Made by a program: the position numbers and the translations under genes | Part shown: in pieces, positions 9,241 through 19,944 of the stretch | Numbering within the stretch: position 1 is the stretch's first letter | How the letters are laid out: each line of letters begins with the position of its first letter | The notes under the pieces: model-generated | Seen by the model: the letters and a program-made list of their open reading frames with translations, nothing else | Database searches by the model: none | Told to the model about the DNA's origin: nothing | Source of the DNA: an uncultured Cellvibrio sp. | GTDB lineage: Bacteria; Pseudomonadota; Gammaproteobacteria; Pseudomonadales; Cellvibrionaceae | Length of the DNA: 64,000 nt | Assembly: GCA_937958105.1 (NCBI GenBank) | Contig: CALFXJ010000038.1 | Location: 55,555 to 119,554, forward strand | Direction of reading: 5' to 3'

Positions 9241-10302
9241 TCAATCCTTCAAAAAAACCTTGGAATTGGTTGGTCTGGCGTATACGGTGACGCCGGGACG
9301 CAGGTCGATGAGGCGTTCCTGGGAGCGTGGCAGTTCCACGTGGAAGATGTCGTTGCTGAGAGCATGGCGCAACTCTATTCGCAATACCGAACCAGCAGTG
9401 CTGACGTTGTCCACTGTTGCCTCAATAAAGCCTTCGCCCTGCGGCTCGGCCTGCAGCTCGATATCGTGGGGACGCACATAAGCTACCGCTGCGCTGTCTT
9501 TGATCTCCGCATGTTCCGGTGCGGGCAGTTTGTAATCGCCGATGTGGGCCCAGCCTTCGCTGACGCGGCTGTGAAATAAATTCACCTGACCGATAAAGTC
9601 ATACACAAACGGACTTGCGGGATTGTTATAAACCTCATCCGGCGATCCTATCTGCTCAATCTTGCCTTTATTCAGCACCACAATGCGATCCGCCACTTCC
9701 ATGGCTTCTTCCTGATCGTGGGTGACGAAGATGGAGGTGATATGCAGCTCGTCATGCAGGCGACGCAGCCAGCGGCGCAGGTCTTTACGCACTTTCGCAT
9801 CAAGGGCGCCGAAGGGCTCGTCGAGCAGCAACACTTTAGGTTCCACCGCCAGCGCACGGGCCAGTGCGATCCGCTGGCGCTGACCGCCTGAGAGCTGATC
9901 AGGATATCGGTCTGCCAGCCAGTCCAGCTGAACCAGCCGCAGCAGTTCGTGCACGCGCTCAGCTATCTCTGATTTGCTGGGCCGCTTGTCTTTCGGCCGT
10001 ACGGTCAAGCCAAACGCCACGTTATCGAACACCGTCATGTGACGAAACAAGGCGTAATGCTGGAATACAAAACCAACCTGACGCTGGCGCACGTGTACAT
10101 GAGTGGCATCCTCACCGTGAAACTCCACTACCCCGTGGTCCGGTTGTTCAAGGCCGGCAATAATACGCAGCAGTGTCGTCTTACCGCAGCCGGACGGGCC
10201 AAGCAGAGCCACCAGTTCGCCGGTGGGAAAATCCAGAGAGACGTCGTTCAGGGCAGAGAAATTGCCAAAGTTCTTTTGGATGTTTTTAACCTGGATACTC
10301 AT
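9241..10302 (-). CDS. cysA: Sulfate/thiosulfate ABC ATPase CysA
   Basis: [40 protein letters not shown]; C-terminal TOBE-like region. Confidence 0.95.
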   Translation of the reverse strand: MSIQVKNIQKNFGNFSALNDVSLDFPTGELVALLGPSGCGKTTLLRIIAGLEQPDHGVVEFHGEDATHVHVRQRQVGFVFQHYALFRHMTVFDNVAFGLTVRPKDKRPSKSEIAERVHELLRLVQLDWLADRYPDQLSGGQRQRIALARALAVEPKVLLLDEPFGALDAKVRKDLRRWLRRLHDELHITSIFVTHDQEEAMEVADRIVVLNKGKIEQIGSPDEVYNNPASPFVYDFIGQVNLFHSRVSEGWAHIGDYKLPAPEHAEIKDSAAVAYVRPHDIELQAEPQGEGFIEATVDNVSTAGSVLRIELRHALSNDIFHVELPRSQERLIDLRPGVTVYARPTNSKVFLKD

Positions 10303-10331
10303 CTTCGTTCTCGTTGAAAAAATTCTTTAAT

Positions 10332-10362
10332 GTCTGGCGGATCAAGCCTGCGGCTAATCCGG
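10332..10362. repeat. Degenerate REP between cysW and cysA
   Basis: cggatcaagcctgcggctaatccgg retains the REP core GCCTGCGGCTAATCCG. Confidence 0.5.
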
Positions 10363-10377
10363 CCGGCGAATGTTCGG

Positions 10378-11274
10378 TCAGGCTTGCTGGCTGGCGGCGC
10401 GCACGGCTTTTTCCCGCTCGCGGACGTGATGCCATTCCAGTAACGATTTCACCACCAGGGTGATCAACGCCAATCCTGCCAGCAGCGACGCTGCGGCGAA
10501 GGCGGCAGCAAACTGGTATTCGTTGTACAGGATTTCAATATGCAGCGGCAAGGTATTGGTTTGACCACGGATATGGCCGCTCACCACACTGACCGCACCG
10601 AATTCCCCCATCGCCCGCGCGTTACACAGAATAATGCCATACAACAGCCCCCATTTGATGGACGGCAGCGTCACCCGCCAGAAAGTCTGCCAGCCGCTGG
10701 CACCGAGGGTCAGCGAGGCTTCCTCATAGGAGGTGCCCTGCTCTTCCATCAGCGGAATCAATTCGCGTGCGATAAACGGAAAGGTCACAAAGACAGTAGC
10801 CAGTACAATCCCCGGTACGGCAAAGATGATCTTGATGTTGTTGTCCGACAGCCAAGGGCCGAGCCAGCTCTGGGCGCCGAACAACAATACATAGATCAAA
10901 CCTGCGACAACCGGCGAAACCGCAAAAGGTAAGTCGATCAGGGTAATCAATGCCTGCTTGCCACGAAAGTGAAATTTGGTAATCGCCCAGGCCGCGGAGA
11001 GACCAAACACGACATTAAGGGGCACTGAAATGGCTGCGGCCAGCAAGGTCAGCTTGATAGCATGCCAGGCGTCAGGTTCGGTAATCGCTGCCCAGTAAAC
11101 ATCAGCACCGCGTGAAAAAGCTTCCGTGAATACCGCAATCAAGGGTATAACCAGAAACAAGGCAAGAAAACTCAACGCAATGGCGGTCAGTAAGATGCGT
11201 ACCCACAGCGGCTCGGTTGTGGCATCCGTAGCGCGCAGGGCGCGACGGTTTAATGAAGAAACGGCTCCACTCAT
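10378..11274 (-). CDS. cysW: Sulfate ABC permease CysW (copy 2)
   Basis: [43 protein letters not shown]. Confidence 0.94.
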   Translation of the reverse strand: MSGAVSSLNRRALRATDATTEPLWVRILLTAIALSFLALFLVIPLIAVFTEAFSRGADVYWAAITEPDAWHAIKLTLLAAAISVPLNVVFGLSAAWAITKFHFRGKQALITLIDLPFAVSPVVAGLIYVLLFGAQSWLGPWLSDNNIKIIFAVPGIVLATVFVTFPFIARELIPLMEEQGTSYEEASLTLGASGWQTFWRVTLPSIKWGLLYGIILCNARAMGEFGAVSVVSGHIRGQTNTLPLHIEILYNEYQFAAAFAAASLLAGLALITLVVKSLLEWHHVREREKAVRAASQQA

Positions 11275-11275
11275 A

Positions 11276-12097
11276 TCAGGCTCCTGCTCGCTTACTGCTC
11301 CAGTGTTGCAACAGATTGATCAGCAACAAGAGAACAAAGGAAAACATCAATAACACCACGGCCAGGGCCGCTGCGCCCGCATAGTTGTACTGTTCAAGTT
11401 TAGAGACAATCAACAACGGGGTAATCTCAGTACGGAACGGCATGTTGCCGCTGATAAAGACTACTGAACCGTACTCACCCACTGCCCGCGCAAAAGCCAG
11501 CGCAAAGCCCGTTAGCAGTGCCGGCAGCAAGGCCGGTAGCAGAATACGGCGGAAGGTATGCCAGCGGTTTGCACCCAGACTTGCCGCCGCTTCTTCAATT
11601 TCTTTTTCCAGCTCTTCCAACACTGGCTGGACAGTTCTTACTACAAACGGCAGCCCGATAAAAGTCAGGGCTACGATCACACCCAGGGGCGTATAGGCAA
11701 CCTTGATACCCAGGGGCGTCAGCCACTGGCCCACCCAGCCCTGGGGCGCATAAAGCGAGGTCAATGCGATACCGGCTACAGCAGTAGGCAGCGCAAATGG
11801 CAGATCAACTAATGCATCGACAATTTTTTTGCCGAAAAACTGGTAGCGCACCAGGACCCAGGCCACGATAAAGCCGAACACGAGATTAATCAGCGCACCG
11901 ATAAACGCGGCTCCCAGGCTGAGGCGGTAACTTGCGATCGCCTGTGGATCGAGTACCGTTTGCCAGAATTCCGCCCAGGTCAGGGTGAAGGCTTTGGCAA
12001 ATAAAAATGCGAGGGGAATGAAGACAATCAGGCTTGCGTAAAAAGCAGCGTAGCCAAGTGATAACCCGAAACCGGGAATGACAGATGGACGACTCAT
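11276..12097 (-). CDS. cysT: Sulfate ABC permease CysT (copy 2)
   Basis: [43 protein letters not shown]. Confidence 0.94.
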   Translation of the reverse strand: MSRPSVIPGFGLSLGYAAFYASLIVFIPLAFLFAKAFTLTWAEFWQTVLDPQAIASYRLSLGAAFIGALINLVFGFIVAWVLVRYQFFGKKIVDALVDLPFALPTAVAGIALTSLYAPQGWVGQWLTPLGIKVAYTPLGVIVALTFIGLPFVVRTVQPVLEELEKEIEEAAASLGANRWHTFRRILLPALLPALLTGFALAFARAVGEYGSVVFISGNMPFRTEITPLLIVSKLEQYNYAGAAALAVVLLMFSFVLLLLINLLQHWSSKRAGA

Positions 12098-12171
12098 GGA
12101 ACACCTTTGTGGTTGTCGCGGTGTTTTACGGACTTGTATGAAACAACGAAACAGCGTTCTTCAACAGGTTG

Positions 12172-12210
12172 AAAAAAGCCCGCGATGATGTTGTGGCGTT
12201 CATCGCGGGC
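12172..12210 (-). terminator. Rho-independent terminator/attenuator after sbp
   Basis: 11-bp stem gcccgcgatga/tcatcgcgggc followed by U6 on the minus strand. Confidence 0.75.
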
Positions 12211-12225
12211 ATGCCCTAACAAAAA

Positions 12226-13242
12226 TTATCGCGCGCCGGGCTTGTAGATCTGGTCAAAGACACCGCCATCGTTGAAGTGCTCAGCCTGAGCTTTGCTCCA
12301 GCCGCCGAAGGCTTCATCAATGGTTACCAGATTAATCTCCGGAAATACGTCAGCGTATTTAGCAGCAACTTCTGCATCGCGAGGGCGATAGTAGTTCTTG
12401 CCGGCAATGTCCTGACCGGTCTTGGTATAAAGAAACTTCAGATAAGCTTCCGCAACTTTACGAGTACCATGTTTTTCCACATTCTTGTCGACCACGGCAA
12501 CAGAAGGCTCAGCCAGGATGGACAAGGAAGGCACAACAATTTCGAATTTGTCTTTGCCCAGTTCGTTCAGGGCCAGGAAAGCTTCGTTTTCCCACGAGAG
12601 GAATACGTCACCGATACCGCGCTGTACAAACGTGGTAGTTGATCCACGTGCGCCGGAATCCAGCACAGGAACATTCTTGAACAGCTTGGTGACAAACTCC
12701 TTGGCCGCCTCGTCAGAACCCTGGGTTTGCTTGGCGTACGCCCAGGCTGCCAGGTAATTCCAGCGCGCACCGCCAGAGGTTTTCGGGTTGGGGGTAATAA
12801 CTTCTACACCCGGCTTCACCAGATCATCCCAGTCTTTGATTTTTTTCGGGTTGCCGGAGCGAACCAGAAAGACAATCGTTGATGTATAGGGAGCACTGTT
12901 GTTAGGCAGTTTTGACAACCAGTCTTCCGGAATCAGTTTGGCTTCCTGATACAGAGCGTCCACATCGTAAGCAAGAGCAAGGGTTACTACGTCGGCTTCC
13001 AGACCATCAATCACAGCACGCGCCTGCTTGCCCGAACCACCGTGAGACTGGCTGATGGTAACCTTTTGCTTCTCGGTTTTTTGCCAGTGTTCAGCAAAGG
13101 CCTTGTTGAATTCCACATACAGCTCACGGGTGGGGTCATAAGATACGTTCAACAACTTAACATCCTGAGCCTGGGTTGCTGCAGTAAAGCCCAGAGATAA
13201 AATCAGCAGCGTTTTCTTCAAATTTTTAAGTAACATGATCAA
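12226..13242 (-). CDS. sbp: Periplasmic sulfate-binding protein Sbp
   Basis: Signal peptide; [54 protein letters not shown]. Confidence 0.93.
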   Translation of the reverse strand: MIMLLKNLKKTLLILSLGFTAATQAQDVKLLNVSYDPTRELYVEFNKAFAEHWQKTEKQKVTISQSHGGSGKQARAVIDGLEADVVTLALAYDVDALYQEAKLIPEDWLSKLPNNSAPYTSTIVFLVRSGNPKKIKDWDDLVKPGVEVITPNPKTSGGARWNYLAAWAYAKQTQGSDEAAKEFVTKLFKNVPVLDSGARGSTTTFVQRGIGDVFLSWENEAFLALNELGKDKFEIVVPSLSILAEPSVAVVDKNVEKHGTRKVAEAYLKFLYTKTGQDIAGKNYYRPRDAEVAAKYADVFPEINLVTIDEAFGGWSKAQAEHFNDGGVFDQIYKPGAR

Positions 13243-13363
13243 ATTCCTTACAATAAATCGTTCAGAGAAAAATCGATTAGGTGTGGTGCGAGAGCAAGGC
13301 GCATCAACAACATCGATAAACAGGTCGCTGGTTTTTCATTTACCTTGCTCTCCCTGATTGCCG

Positions 13364-14422
13364 TTAGAAACTATGATCAAAACCAACCGCGAAGGTGTTG
13401 TCCGCCAGATCGGCGTTATCAACATCCAGCGCTGAGAAGTAGGTGTAAACCTTGGTTTTTGCACCCAGGCTGTAATCCAGTCCGAGCGCAGCAAGCGTGC
13501 CTTTCTCATCGCTTACCTTGGCTTCGGCGATACCGTATTGTGCTTTCAGTTTCACCTTACCGAGATTCCAGCCGCCGGATACGAGGTAGTTGGTGTCTTC
13601 TGCATCGCTGCCCGGGGCCACATCTTTGGCCTGTTGAACCAATGCGCCCAGCTCAAAATCACCGAGCTTTGCTGTACCCACAGCCCGGATAACGTCGGCG
13701 CGGACAATGCCGTCGAGGCTGCGGCGCGCCAGTTGATTAGCGTCATAAGCGATTGCGCCGAAGAAAGTACCGTTGTCAGCAACCAGCGATGCCGAAATGG
13801 TTTCGGTCAGGCCATCATCCGGCTCGCCGTCGAGATCCACATCAGTGCCTTCCGCCGCGACAAACGCAATATTGGCGGTAAACAGCTGACCGAGTTTCGG
13901 GGTTGAGTATTGGATAATGTTGTTGACGCGGTTCTGGCCACCGACCAGCACATCAATGTCGGCCCGCAGATCATTGAACTGATCCACTTTGCCTTCGATC
14001 ACTTTTAACGGTGTATCAAATTTACCGGCGATTACACGGCCGAAATTACCCTGCAGACCTGCATAGATATTGCGCTGAGAAAAGGGGCTGCTGCCGCCAT
14101 CGTCTGCATCCGTTTCGTACTCAGCGAGATAAACCACTTTCAGGCCGGTACCCTCAAGGGCGACTTCACCTTTGATACCCAGACGTGATGCGTTGGAGTT
14201 CAATTCCCACTGATCAACCTCGGCCGGACCCTGAGCGGAAAATGCGCGGGCAGCACCTTCGTGATCAAAACTGTCGAGGGAAACGTTAATCTTGCCGTAA
14301 ATCGTTGGTGGGTTTGCCAGTGCGTCATCAGTGCTTACACCAAGAGCAGCAGCAATCGCCAGGGATAAAACAGTTGGGGCATAAAACGATCGACGCAGCG
14401 ACCGCAGTTGTTGAAATGACAT
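13364..14422 (-). CDS. Gram-negative (trimeric-type) outer-membrane porin
   Basis: Signal-like N-terminus; YGKINVS, SRLGIKG, RNIYAGLQGNFG, NNIIQYSTP; terminal Phe (GFDHSF); GGAG RBS. Confidence 0.85.
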   Translation of the reverse strand: MSFQQLRSLRRSFYAPTVLSLAIAAALGVSTDDALANPPTIYGKINVSLDSFDHEGAARAFSAQGPAEVDQWELNSNASRLGIKGEVALEGTGLKVVYLAEYETDADDGGSSPFSQRNIYAGLQGNFGRVIAGKFDTPLKVIEGKVDQFNDLRADIDVLVGGQNRVNNIIQYSTPKLGQLFTANIAFVAAEGTDVDLDGEPDDGLTETISASLVADNGTFFGAIAYDANQLARRSLDGIVRADVIRAVGTAKLGDFELGALVQQAKDVAPGSDAEDTNYLVSGGWNLGKVKLKAQYGIAEAKVSDEKGTLAALGLDYSLGAKTKVYTYFSALDVDNADLADNTFAVGFDHSF

Positions 14423-14645
14423 GCTAATCTCCAGAATTAACTTATCACTTCCGGCGGTCCGGTCAGTGTTCGTGTGTGTGTTTTACGTTTTAATCTTGCG
14501 CATCACCAGAAGTTGTCTCTGCTCTGCTCAATGACGGCGCCATACTAAACAAAGCGTTTCAGCCTGAAAAAGATTTGTTTTTTATTAGCTTATAACTAGT
14601 TTCAGTAAAACTGATAAGGCAGAGTCCGCCTTGCCTGGAGCGGCG

Positions 14646-15545
14646 TCAGCCGTGGGCGAGCCGTTCGGTATTGCGGATATCCTGGGCGGGAGGAGCGCCA
14701 AACATCTGGCGATAATCGCGGGTGAAATGGGGGACACTTTCGTAACCCACCGCATAGGCAGCGTTGCTGGCCGTTGACCCCTGATACAGCATCAAACGTC
14801 TTGCCTCGATCAGGCGCAAACGCTTCTGGTATTGCCCCGGTGTCAACGATGTAAGTTCCTTGAAGTGTTTATGAAAGGCGGTCACGCCCATAGCCGCAGC
14901 CTGGGCCAGCCGCTCCACTGGAATACGCTGCTGAAATTCAGCACGCAGGATGGCGATGGCACGGCGCAGCCGGTTGGGATAGCTGTCTGCGGCGGCCAAG
15001 GCCCGCAGCTGCTCACCATTAGGGCCGTCGAGCAGCCAGAAATGCAGTTCTTTCATGATGCCCGGCAGCAGTACCGGAATCGCATCAGGGCGATCAATCA
15101 AGCGCATGAGGCGGGTGCTGCAGTCGAGGATGATCTCGTCGATGTTCTGCATGAACACCACATTGCTTGCGCTGCTCCGCACGCGGCTGCTGGCCTGTTC
15201 ATCTGCCAGCTCCTGCAGCAGCGCCATATCCAGTTCAATAGCCAGCGCAACATAGGGCACGGTTGCGCTGGCTTCCACCACCTGACCAAGCACCGGCATA
15301 TCTGCGCTCACGATCACCGACTCGCCAGCGGTACAGAGCTGTTGCTGATGTCCGACCAGCAGCTGTTTCCGCCCCTGTAATACGAGGCAAACCAGAGGAC
15401 GATAAACCGACTGGAGTTTTCGGTTCGGGACGCTCAGACACATCATCCGCAGCCCCGGCACAGGCGTGATAGCAAGCCCGTCACTGTTGGCGTGGCGGCG
15501 GGCGTAGCGTTGAGCAGCATCGATCAGCAATTGATAAGTCTTCAT
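14646..15545 (-). CDS. AraC-family transcriptional regulator (AraC_N-type sensor + double HTH)
   Basis: C-terminal LAQAAAMGVTAFHKHFKELT...AVGYESVPHFTRDYRQMFG; divergent from the SDR pair. Confidence 0.92.
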   Translation of the reverse strand: MKTYQLLIDAAQRYARRHANSDGLAITPVPGLRMMCLSVPNRKLQSVYRPLVCLVLQGRKQLLVGHQQQLCTAGESVIVSADMPVLGQVVEASATVPYVALAIELDMALLQELADEQASSRVRSSASNVVFMQNIDEIILDCSTRLMRLIDRPDAIPVLLPGIMKELHFWLLDGPNGEQLRALAAADSYPNRLRRAIAILRAEFQQRIPVERLAQAAAMGVTAFHKHFKELTSLTPGQYQKRLRLIEARRLMLYQGSTASNAAYAVGYESVPHFTRDYRQMFGAPPAQDIRNTERLAHG

Positions 15546-15681
15546 GACTACAGGCTAACGCAAGAATCCGGCGGAGGCTATTGCGCTGCAGAATCCGGCA
15601 AGCATGGTGAAGCCTCAGGCAAAAACGGTCAGGCCATTGGTTTTACTGTTCACTTGTCATAACCAACCAAGGAACAGTGCC

Positions 15682-16551
15682 ATGAAAACACCTTCTGACG
15701 AAACCACGCTCTCCCGCAAAGGCCAGGGCCGCCGTGGACTGGTCACGGCGATGGCAGCCGCCCCCCTGATGCTCGGCGTCGCATCCAGTTTCGGCGCAAC
15801 CAGCGCCACGCCACCTGCAGGCAATGGCAAAGCGGCTATCGTTACCGGCTCCTCCCGCGGTATCGGTGCCGCTACCGCGAGACGGCTGGCCCGCGAAGGC
15901 TACGCCGTTACCGTCAACTGTGAAAAAAATCGTGAACTCGCCGCCGCTGTTGTGGCCGAGATAGAAGCCGCCGGCGGCAAGGCGATCTGGGTGCAGGCGG
16001 ATGTGAGCGATCCCAAAGCTGTCAGCCGCCTGTTCGATGCCTGCGAAAAAGAATTCGGCGGCGTGGATGTCGCGGTAGCCAATGCGGGCATCATGCATCT
16101 GGGTGCGTTCAGTGAATTGTCCGATCAGGCGTTTGACCGCATGTGGGCGGTGAACGCTAAAGGCAGCTTCAATACCCTGCGCGAAGCCGCCCGTCGCATT
16201 CGTGATGGTGGGCGGATTATCTGCCTGTCCTCCAGTATCACCCAGCTGCGCACCGCGACTTATGGCCCCTACGCAGCCACCAAGATGGCTCAGGATATGT
16301 TTGTCGGCAGCCTCGCCAAGGAACTTGAAGGGCGTGGGATCTCGGTCAATGCCATTGCGCCGGGCGTAGTCAATACACCACTGTTTACCGACGGCAAAAC
16401 CCCGCAGCAGATCGCCGCCTTTGCCCAGCGCACGCCTCACAAACGGCTGGGCGAGCCTGCCGATATTGCCGATGTCATTGCCGCACTCTGCAGCGATAAG
16501 GGCGCGTGGGTAAATGGCCAGACGATATTCGCCAATGGCGGACTTGTTTAA
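15682..16551 (+). CDS. Short-chain dehydrogenase/reductase (classical SDR) with a possible Tat-like leader
   Basis: TGSSRGIG, NAG, YAATK, VNAIAPG. Start set at ATG 15682 (AAGGA RBS); the ORF track starts at 15604. Confidence 0.9.
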   Translation: MKTPSDETTLSRKGQGRRGLVTAMAAAPLMLGVASSFGATSATPPAGNGKAAIVTGSSRGIGAATARRLAREGYAVTVNCEKNRELAAAVVAEIEAAGGKAIWVQADVSDPKAVSRLFDACEKEFGGVDVAVANAGIMHLGAFSELSDQAFDRMWAVNAKGSFNTLREAARRIRDGGRIICLSSSITQLRTATYGPYAATKMAQDMFVGSLAKELEGRGISVNAIAPGVVNTPLFTDGKTPQQIAAFAQRTPHKRLGEPADIADVIAALCSDKGAWVNGQTIFANGGLV

Positions 16552-16561
16552 GGAGACTCCT

Positions 16562-17308
16562 ATGAATATGACAGGCAACACGATATTGATTACCGGCGGC
16601 AGCGCCGGCATCGGTAAAGCACTCGCCATCGCGTTCCATCAACGGGGCAATCAGGTCATCATCACCGGTCGCCGTCGGGCCGCGCTGGAAGCCGTTGTGC
16701 AGGATTATCCGGGCATGCGGTGGATGGAACTGGATATGCAGGACGCCGACGCCATCCGCGCGTTCAGCGACAGCCTTGTGACCGAGCATCCCGAGCTGAA
16801 TGTACTCATCAATAACGCCGGCATCATGATCAGTGAAGATCTTCTGGCAGACCCCGTAGATCTCACAACCGCAGAAGACACTGTTGCGACCAACCTGTTG
16901 GGGCCGATCCGCCTCACGGCGGCGCTGCTGCCTCACCTGAGAAGGCAGGCCCGCGCAACGGTGATGATGGTGTCTTCCGGGCTGGCGTTTATCCCGCTCA
17001 CGCACACGCCGACCTACTGCGCCACCAAGGCCGCCATCCACTCCTACGCCCAGTCTCTGCGCCATCAGCTGCGGGGCACTGCCGTGGAGGTTCTGGAACT
17101 CGCGCCGCCCGCCGTAGCCACCGACCTGATGCCCGGGCACCGCGACAGTCCACACTGCATGCCGCTGGAGGATTTTATCGAGGAAAGTCTGGCACGCCTC
17201 GAACAGGCAACGGATGAAATTCTGGTGGATCGCGTCAAGCCTTTGCGGAATGCGGAAAGCAGTGGCGAATACCGCAAGGTGTTCGCGCTGCTTAACGGAG
17301 GGCGCTGA
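16562..17308 (+). CDS. Short-chain dehydrogenase/reductase (DltE-like)
   Basis: ITGGSAGIG, NNAG, YCATKAA, VLELAPPAVAT; AGGAG RBS before ATG 16562. Confidence 0.9.
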   Translation: MNMTGNTILITGGSAGIGKALAIAFHQRGNQVIITGRRRAALEAVVQDYPGMRWMELDMQDADAIRAFSDSLVTEHPELNVLINNAGIMISEDLLADPVDLTTAEDTVATNLLGPIRLTAALLPHLRRQARATVMMVSSGLAFIPLTHTPTYCATKAAIHSYAQSLRHQLRGTAVEVLELAPPAVATDLMPGHRDSPHCMPLEDFIEESLARLEQATDEILVDRVKPLRNAESSGEYRKVFALLNGGR

Positions 17309-17434
17309 TCCGGATTGTGGGTACTGGAGGGCGGCAATCTTTGCCCAGGTCGGTCTGCCTATACCATAAACAAGGTATATTGACCCCCGCCGGGCTCTGC
17401 CATGATGGGGTCCGATAGAACAGGCACAGATTCC

Positions 17435-18109
17435 ATGACCCACACAACAGCTGACAACGACCCTGCTTCACCGGCGGTGCGGGTACTTTTACTCGAAGAT
17501 GACGCACCGCTGCGCGAACGCTTTGCCCGCATCCTGCAGGACTGGCCCGGCGGGGAGCTGGTTGCTGCCTGCGCCACTTTGGGCGAAGCACTGGAGGTCC
17601 TCCACAGCCAGCCGGTAGATCTGCTGATGGCTGATCTGAATCTGCCCGACGGCCATGGAATTGAAGCCATTCAGCTGCTCCGCCGCCGCTACCCCGAAGC
17701 GGATGCCATGGTGATCTCAGCCCTGGCCGACGACGAAACCGTATTGGGAGCCATTGAGGCCGGCGCCGTGGGCTACCTGCTGAAGGATGCTGACTCACTG
17801 GAGCTGGTGGAAGCCATTCAGGAGCTGCGTGCCGGGCGCTCACCGATATCCTCGTCTATCGCCCGCATCCTGGTGCGCCGCATGAACGGCACCACCCCTG
17901 CTGTTCCCGCGCCCGAACTGACACCCCGCGAAACTGAAATCCTGCGCGGCATTGCCAAGGGTTTTACCTATACTGAACTGGCGGAGTGGTTAGGCATTTC
18001 GCGCCATACTGTGCCGGTGCACATCAAGAACATCTATCGCAAACTGGCGGCCAATAATCGCTCTGAGGCCGTATATGAAGCATCAAAAAGGGGTCTGTTG
18101 AAACTGTGA
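17435..18109 (+). CDS. NarL/LuxR-family response regulator
   Basis: Receiver (LLEDD, DLNLPD, GYLLKD) + LuxR HTH (LTPRETEIL...HIKNIYRKL). The start may be 17402. Confidence 0.92.
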   Translation: MTHTTADNDPASPAVRVLLLEDDAPLRERFARILQDWPGGELVAACATLGEALEVLHSQPVDLLMADLNLPDGHGIEAIQLLRRRYPEADAMVISALADDETVLGAIEAGAVGYLLKDADSLELVEAIQELRAGRSPISSSIARILVRRMNGTTPAVPAPELTPRETEILRGIAKGFTYTELAEWLGISRHTVPVHIKNIYRKLAANNRSEAVYEASKRGLLKL

Positions 18110-19923
18110 TCCGGCAGTTCGGTTTAGGGGTGCTATGGCTGGCGCTGGGGATTCTCGCCAGCGCGCCCTTATGGCTGAGCCCGGCGGAGCCACAGACGCT
18201 CGCCATCAGCGAGGCACTGCGGCTGGATGGCGATGACTGGCAACCGGTCAAGCTGCCGCAGGCCCGTCGACCTGCCTATCAGGCCGAGCATTACCGCGTC
18301 ACCCTGCCGCTCCAGGAAACTGCACCGCTTTATCTGTTTATCCCCACCATCAGCCATCAGGTTGTGGTCGAGCTGGCGGGCCATGAACTCGCGGATACCC
18401 GGCATCGCACCACCATGATCGGGCTGGCGTCCGGCACTCCCGCGCTGATCCCCCTGCCCGCCTGGCTGCTGCAGCCGGGAGACAACATCATCGACATCCA
18501 TCTGCAGTCCATGAGCCTGGTACCCGGTTACCTGTCGACCTTGTATGTGGGGACTGCGGAGGAACTGGCACCCCATTACCGCAGCCGGGTATTCCTGCTG
18601 GAATACCTGCGCCTGATGGTGCCAGCCGGCCAGCTGCTGATGACCCTGGTGGTGCTGGTGCTATGGCTGTATCGTCCCCAGGAGGCACTGTTCGGCTGGC
18701 TGACACTGCTTCTGCTGACCTCCATGTTTATCTATCTGGGCATGCTGCAGAACCTGCTGCCATTCCTCAGCCAGCTCATGCCTTACCTCCATATTCTGGG
18801 TTCAGCGGCCAGTATCATCCTGGTCATCACGGTGCTGCTGGTGGCAGGTATTCCGCCACCGCGCTGGCTGAAACTGGCGGCGGGCGGAGTGCCGGCCCTG
18901 TGCCTGCTGCTGGCGCTGCTTGATCTGGTTGCCGCATCCAAACTGGTGATGTTCGTCAATGCGCCGGTCAATATGACCGGCCTGCTGGTGAGTCTCAGTA
19001 TCGCCATCTGGGCGGCGGTGACGAAACGGCTCGGGGAAGCCTGGTTGCTGCTGTTTCCGCTGCTGCTGGCACTGGTCACGGCCCTGCACGATTACGGCAT
19101 AGTCGCGGGGCAGCTTGATGGGCCGGTGCTGCTGTCCGTGTATTACCGTCCCGCCATGATGATCGGCATCGCCATGATCCTGATGCGTCGGCTGGGCATC
19201 AGCCTCAATCAGCTGGATAACATTAATGCGTATCTGACCCTGCGCCTTCAGGAGCAGGAACAGGAACTGGCGAGACTGCACGCGGAAGAACGCAAAGAAG
19301 CAGCCCGGAGAACCCTGAGCGAAGAGCGCCAGCGCCTGACCGCGGACCTGCACGACGGCCTGTCCGGCCACCTGGCTTCGATCATCGCTCTGTCTGAGCG
19401 GGAGCAGTCGACGCAGGTGGAGCGCGCCGCGCGGGAAGCACTGGATGATCTGCGGCTGGTGATCCACTCACTGGATATCCAGGACCATGAATTTCCCGTC
19501 GCCCTGGCCGGATTGCGCGAGCGACTGGAGCGCCAGCTCAAACGCATGGGGATCTCACTCCAATGGTCCATGGTGCGCCTGCCGGATGTTACGGGCGTGA
19601 CGCCGTCTCACGTGCTGAACGTACTGCGAATCCTGCAGGAAGCCGTCACCAACGCTATCAAGCATGGCAAAGCCACCGCCATCAGCGTGATGGGCAGTCA
19701 GAGCGATGACGGCGCAGCGTGTATCACCGTGGAGAACGATGGGATTCCCTTTCCCCGCCAGCCGAATCGCACCGGCACCGGTCTGGCCAACATGCGCCGC
19801 CGCATCCGCCAGCTCAATGGCAGCATTGAGATCGAAGGATTTGAGAAAGGACTGGAAACAGGTACGCGCCTGACCCTGAAGCTTCCTCTGCAACTCCCCG
19901 AGACCGCTAACACGTCCAGCTGA
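18106..19923 (+). CDS. Membrane sensor histidine kinase (HisKA_3 type), periplasmic domain plus multiple TM helices
   Basis: H-box DLHDGLSGHL, N-box QEAVTNAIKHG, G-boxes NDGIPF/GTGLANMRRR; 4-bp overlap with the regulator. Confidence 0.9.
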   Translation: MIRQFGLGVLWLALGILASAPLWLSPAEPQTLAISEALRLDGDDWQPVKLPQARRPAYQAEHYRVTLPLQETAPLYLFIPTISHQVVVELAGHELADTRHRTTMIGLASGTPALIPLPAWLLQPGDNIIDIHLQSMSLVPGYLSTLYVGTAEELAPHYRSRVFLLEYLRLMVPAGQLLMTLVVLVLWLYRPQEALFGWLTLLLLTSMFIYLGMLQNLLPFLSQLMPYLHILGSAASIILVITVLLVAGIPPPRWLKLAAGGVPALCLLLALLDLVAASKLVMFVNAPVNMTGLLVSLSIAIWAAVTKRLGEAWLLLFPLLLALVTALHDYGIVAGQLDGPVLLSVYYRPAMMIGIAMILMRRLGISLNQLDNINAYLTLRLQEQEQELARLHAEERKEAARRTLSEERQRLTADLHDGLSGHLASIIALSEREQSTQVERAAREALDDLRLVIHSLDIQDHEFPVALAGLRERLERQLKRMGISLQWSMVRLPDVTGVTPSHVLNVLRILQEAVTNAIKHGKATAISVMGSQSDDGAACITVENDGIPFPRQPNRTGTGLANMRRRIRQLNGSIEIEGFEKGLETGTRLTLKLPLQLPETANTSS

Positions 19924-19944
19924 CCGGCATACCATATTCATGGT

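Noticed and set aside
15643-17443. Long minus-strand ORFs (328 and 322 aa)
   Set aside because: Antisense shadows of the SDR genes.
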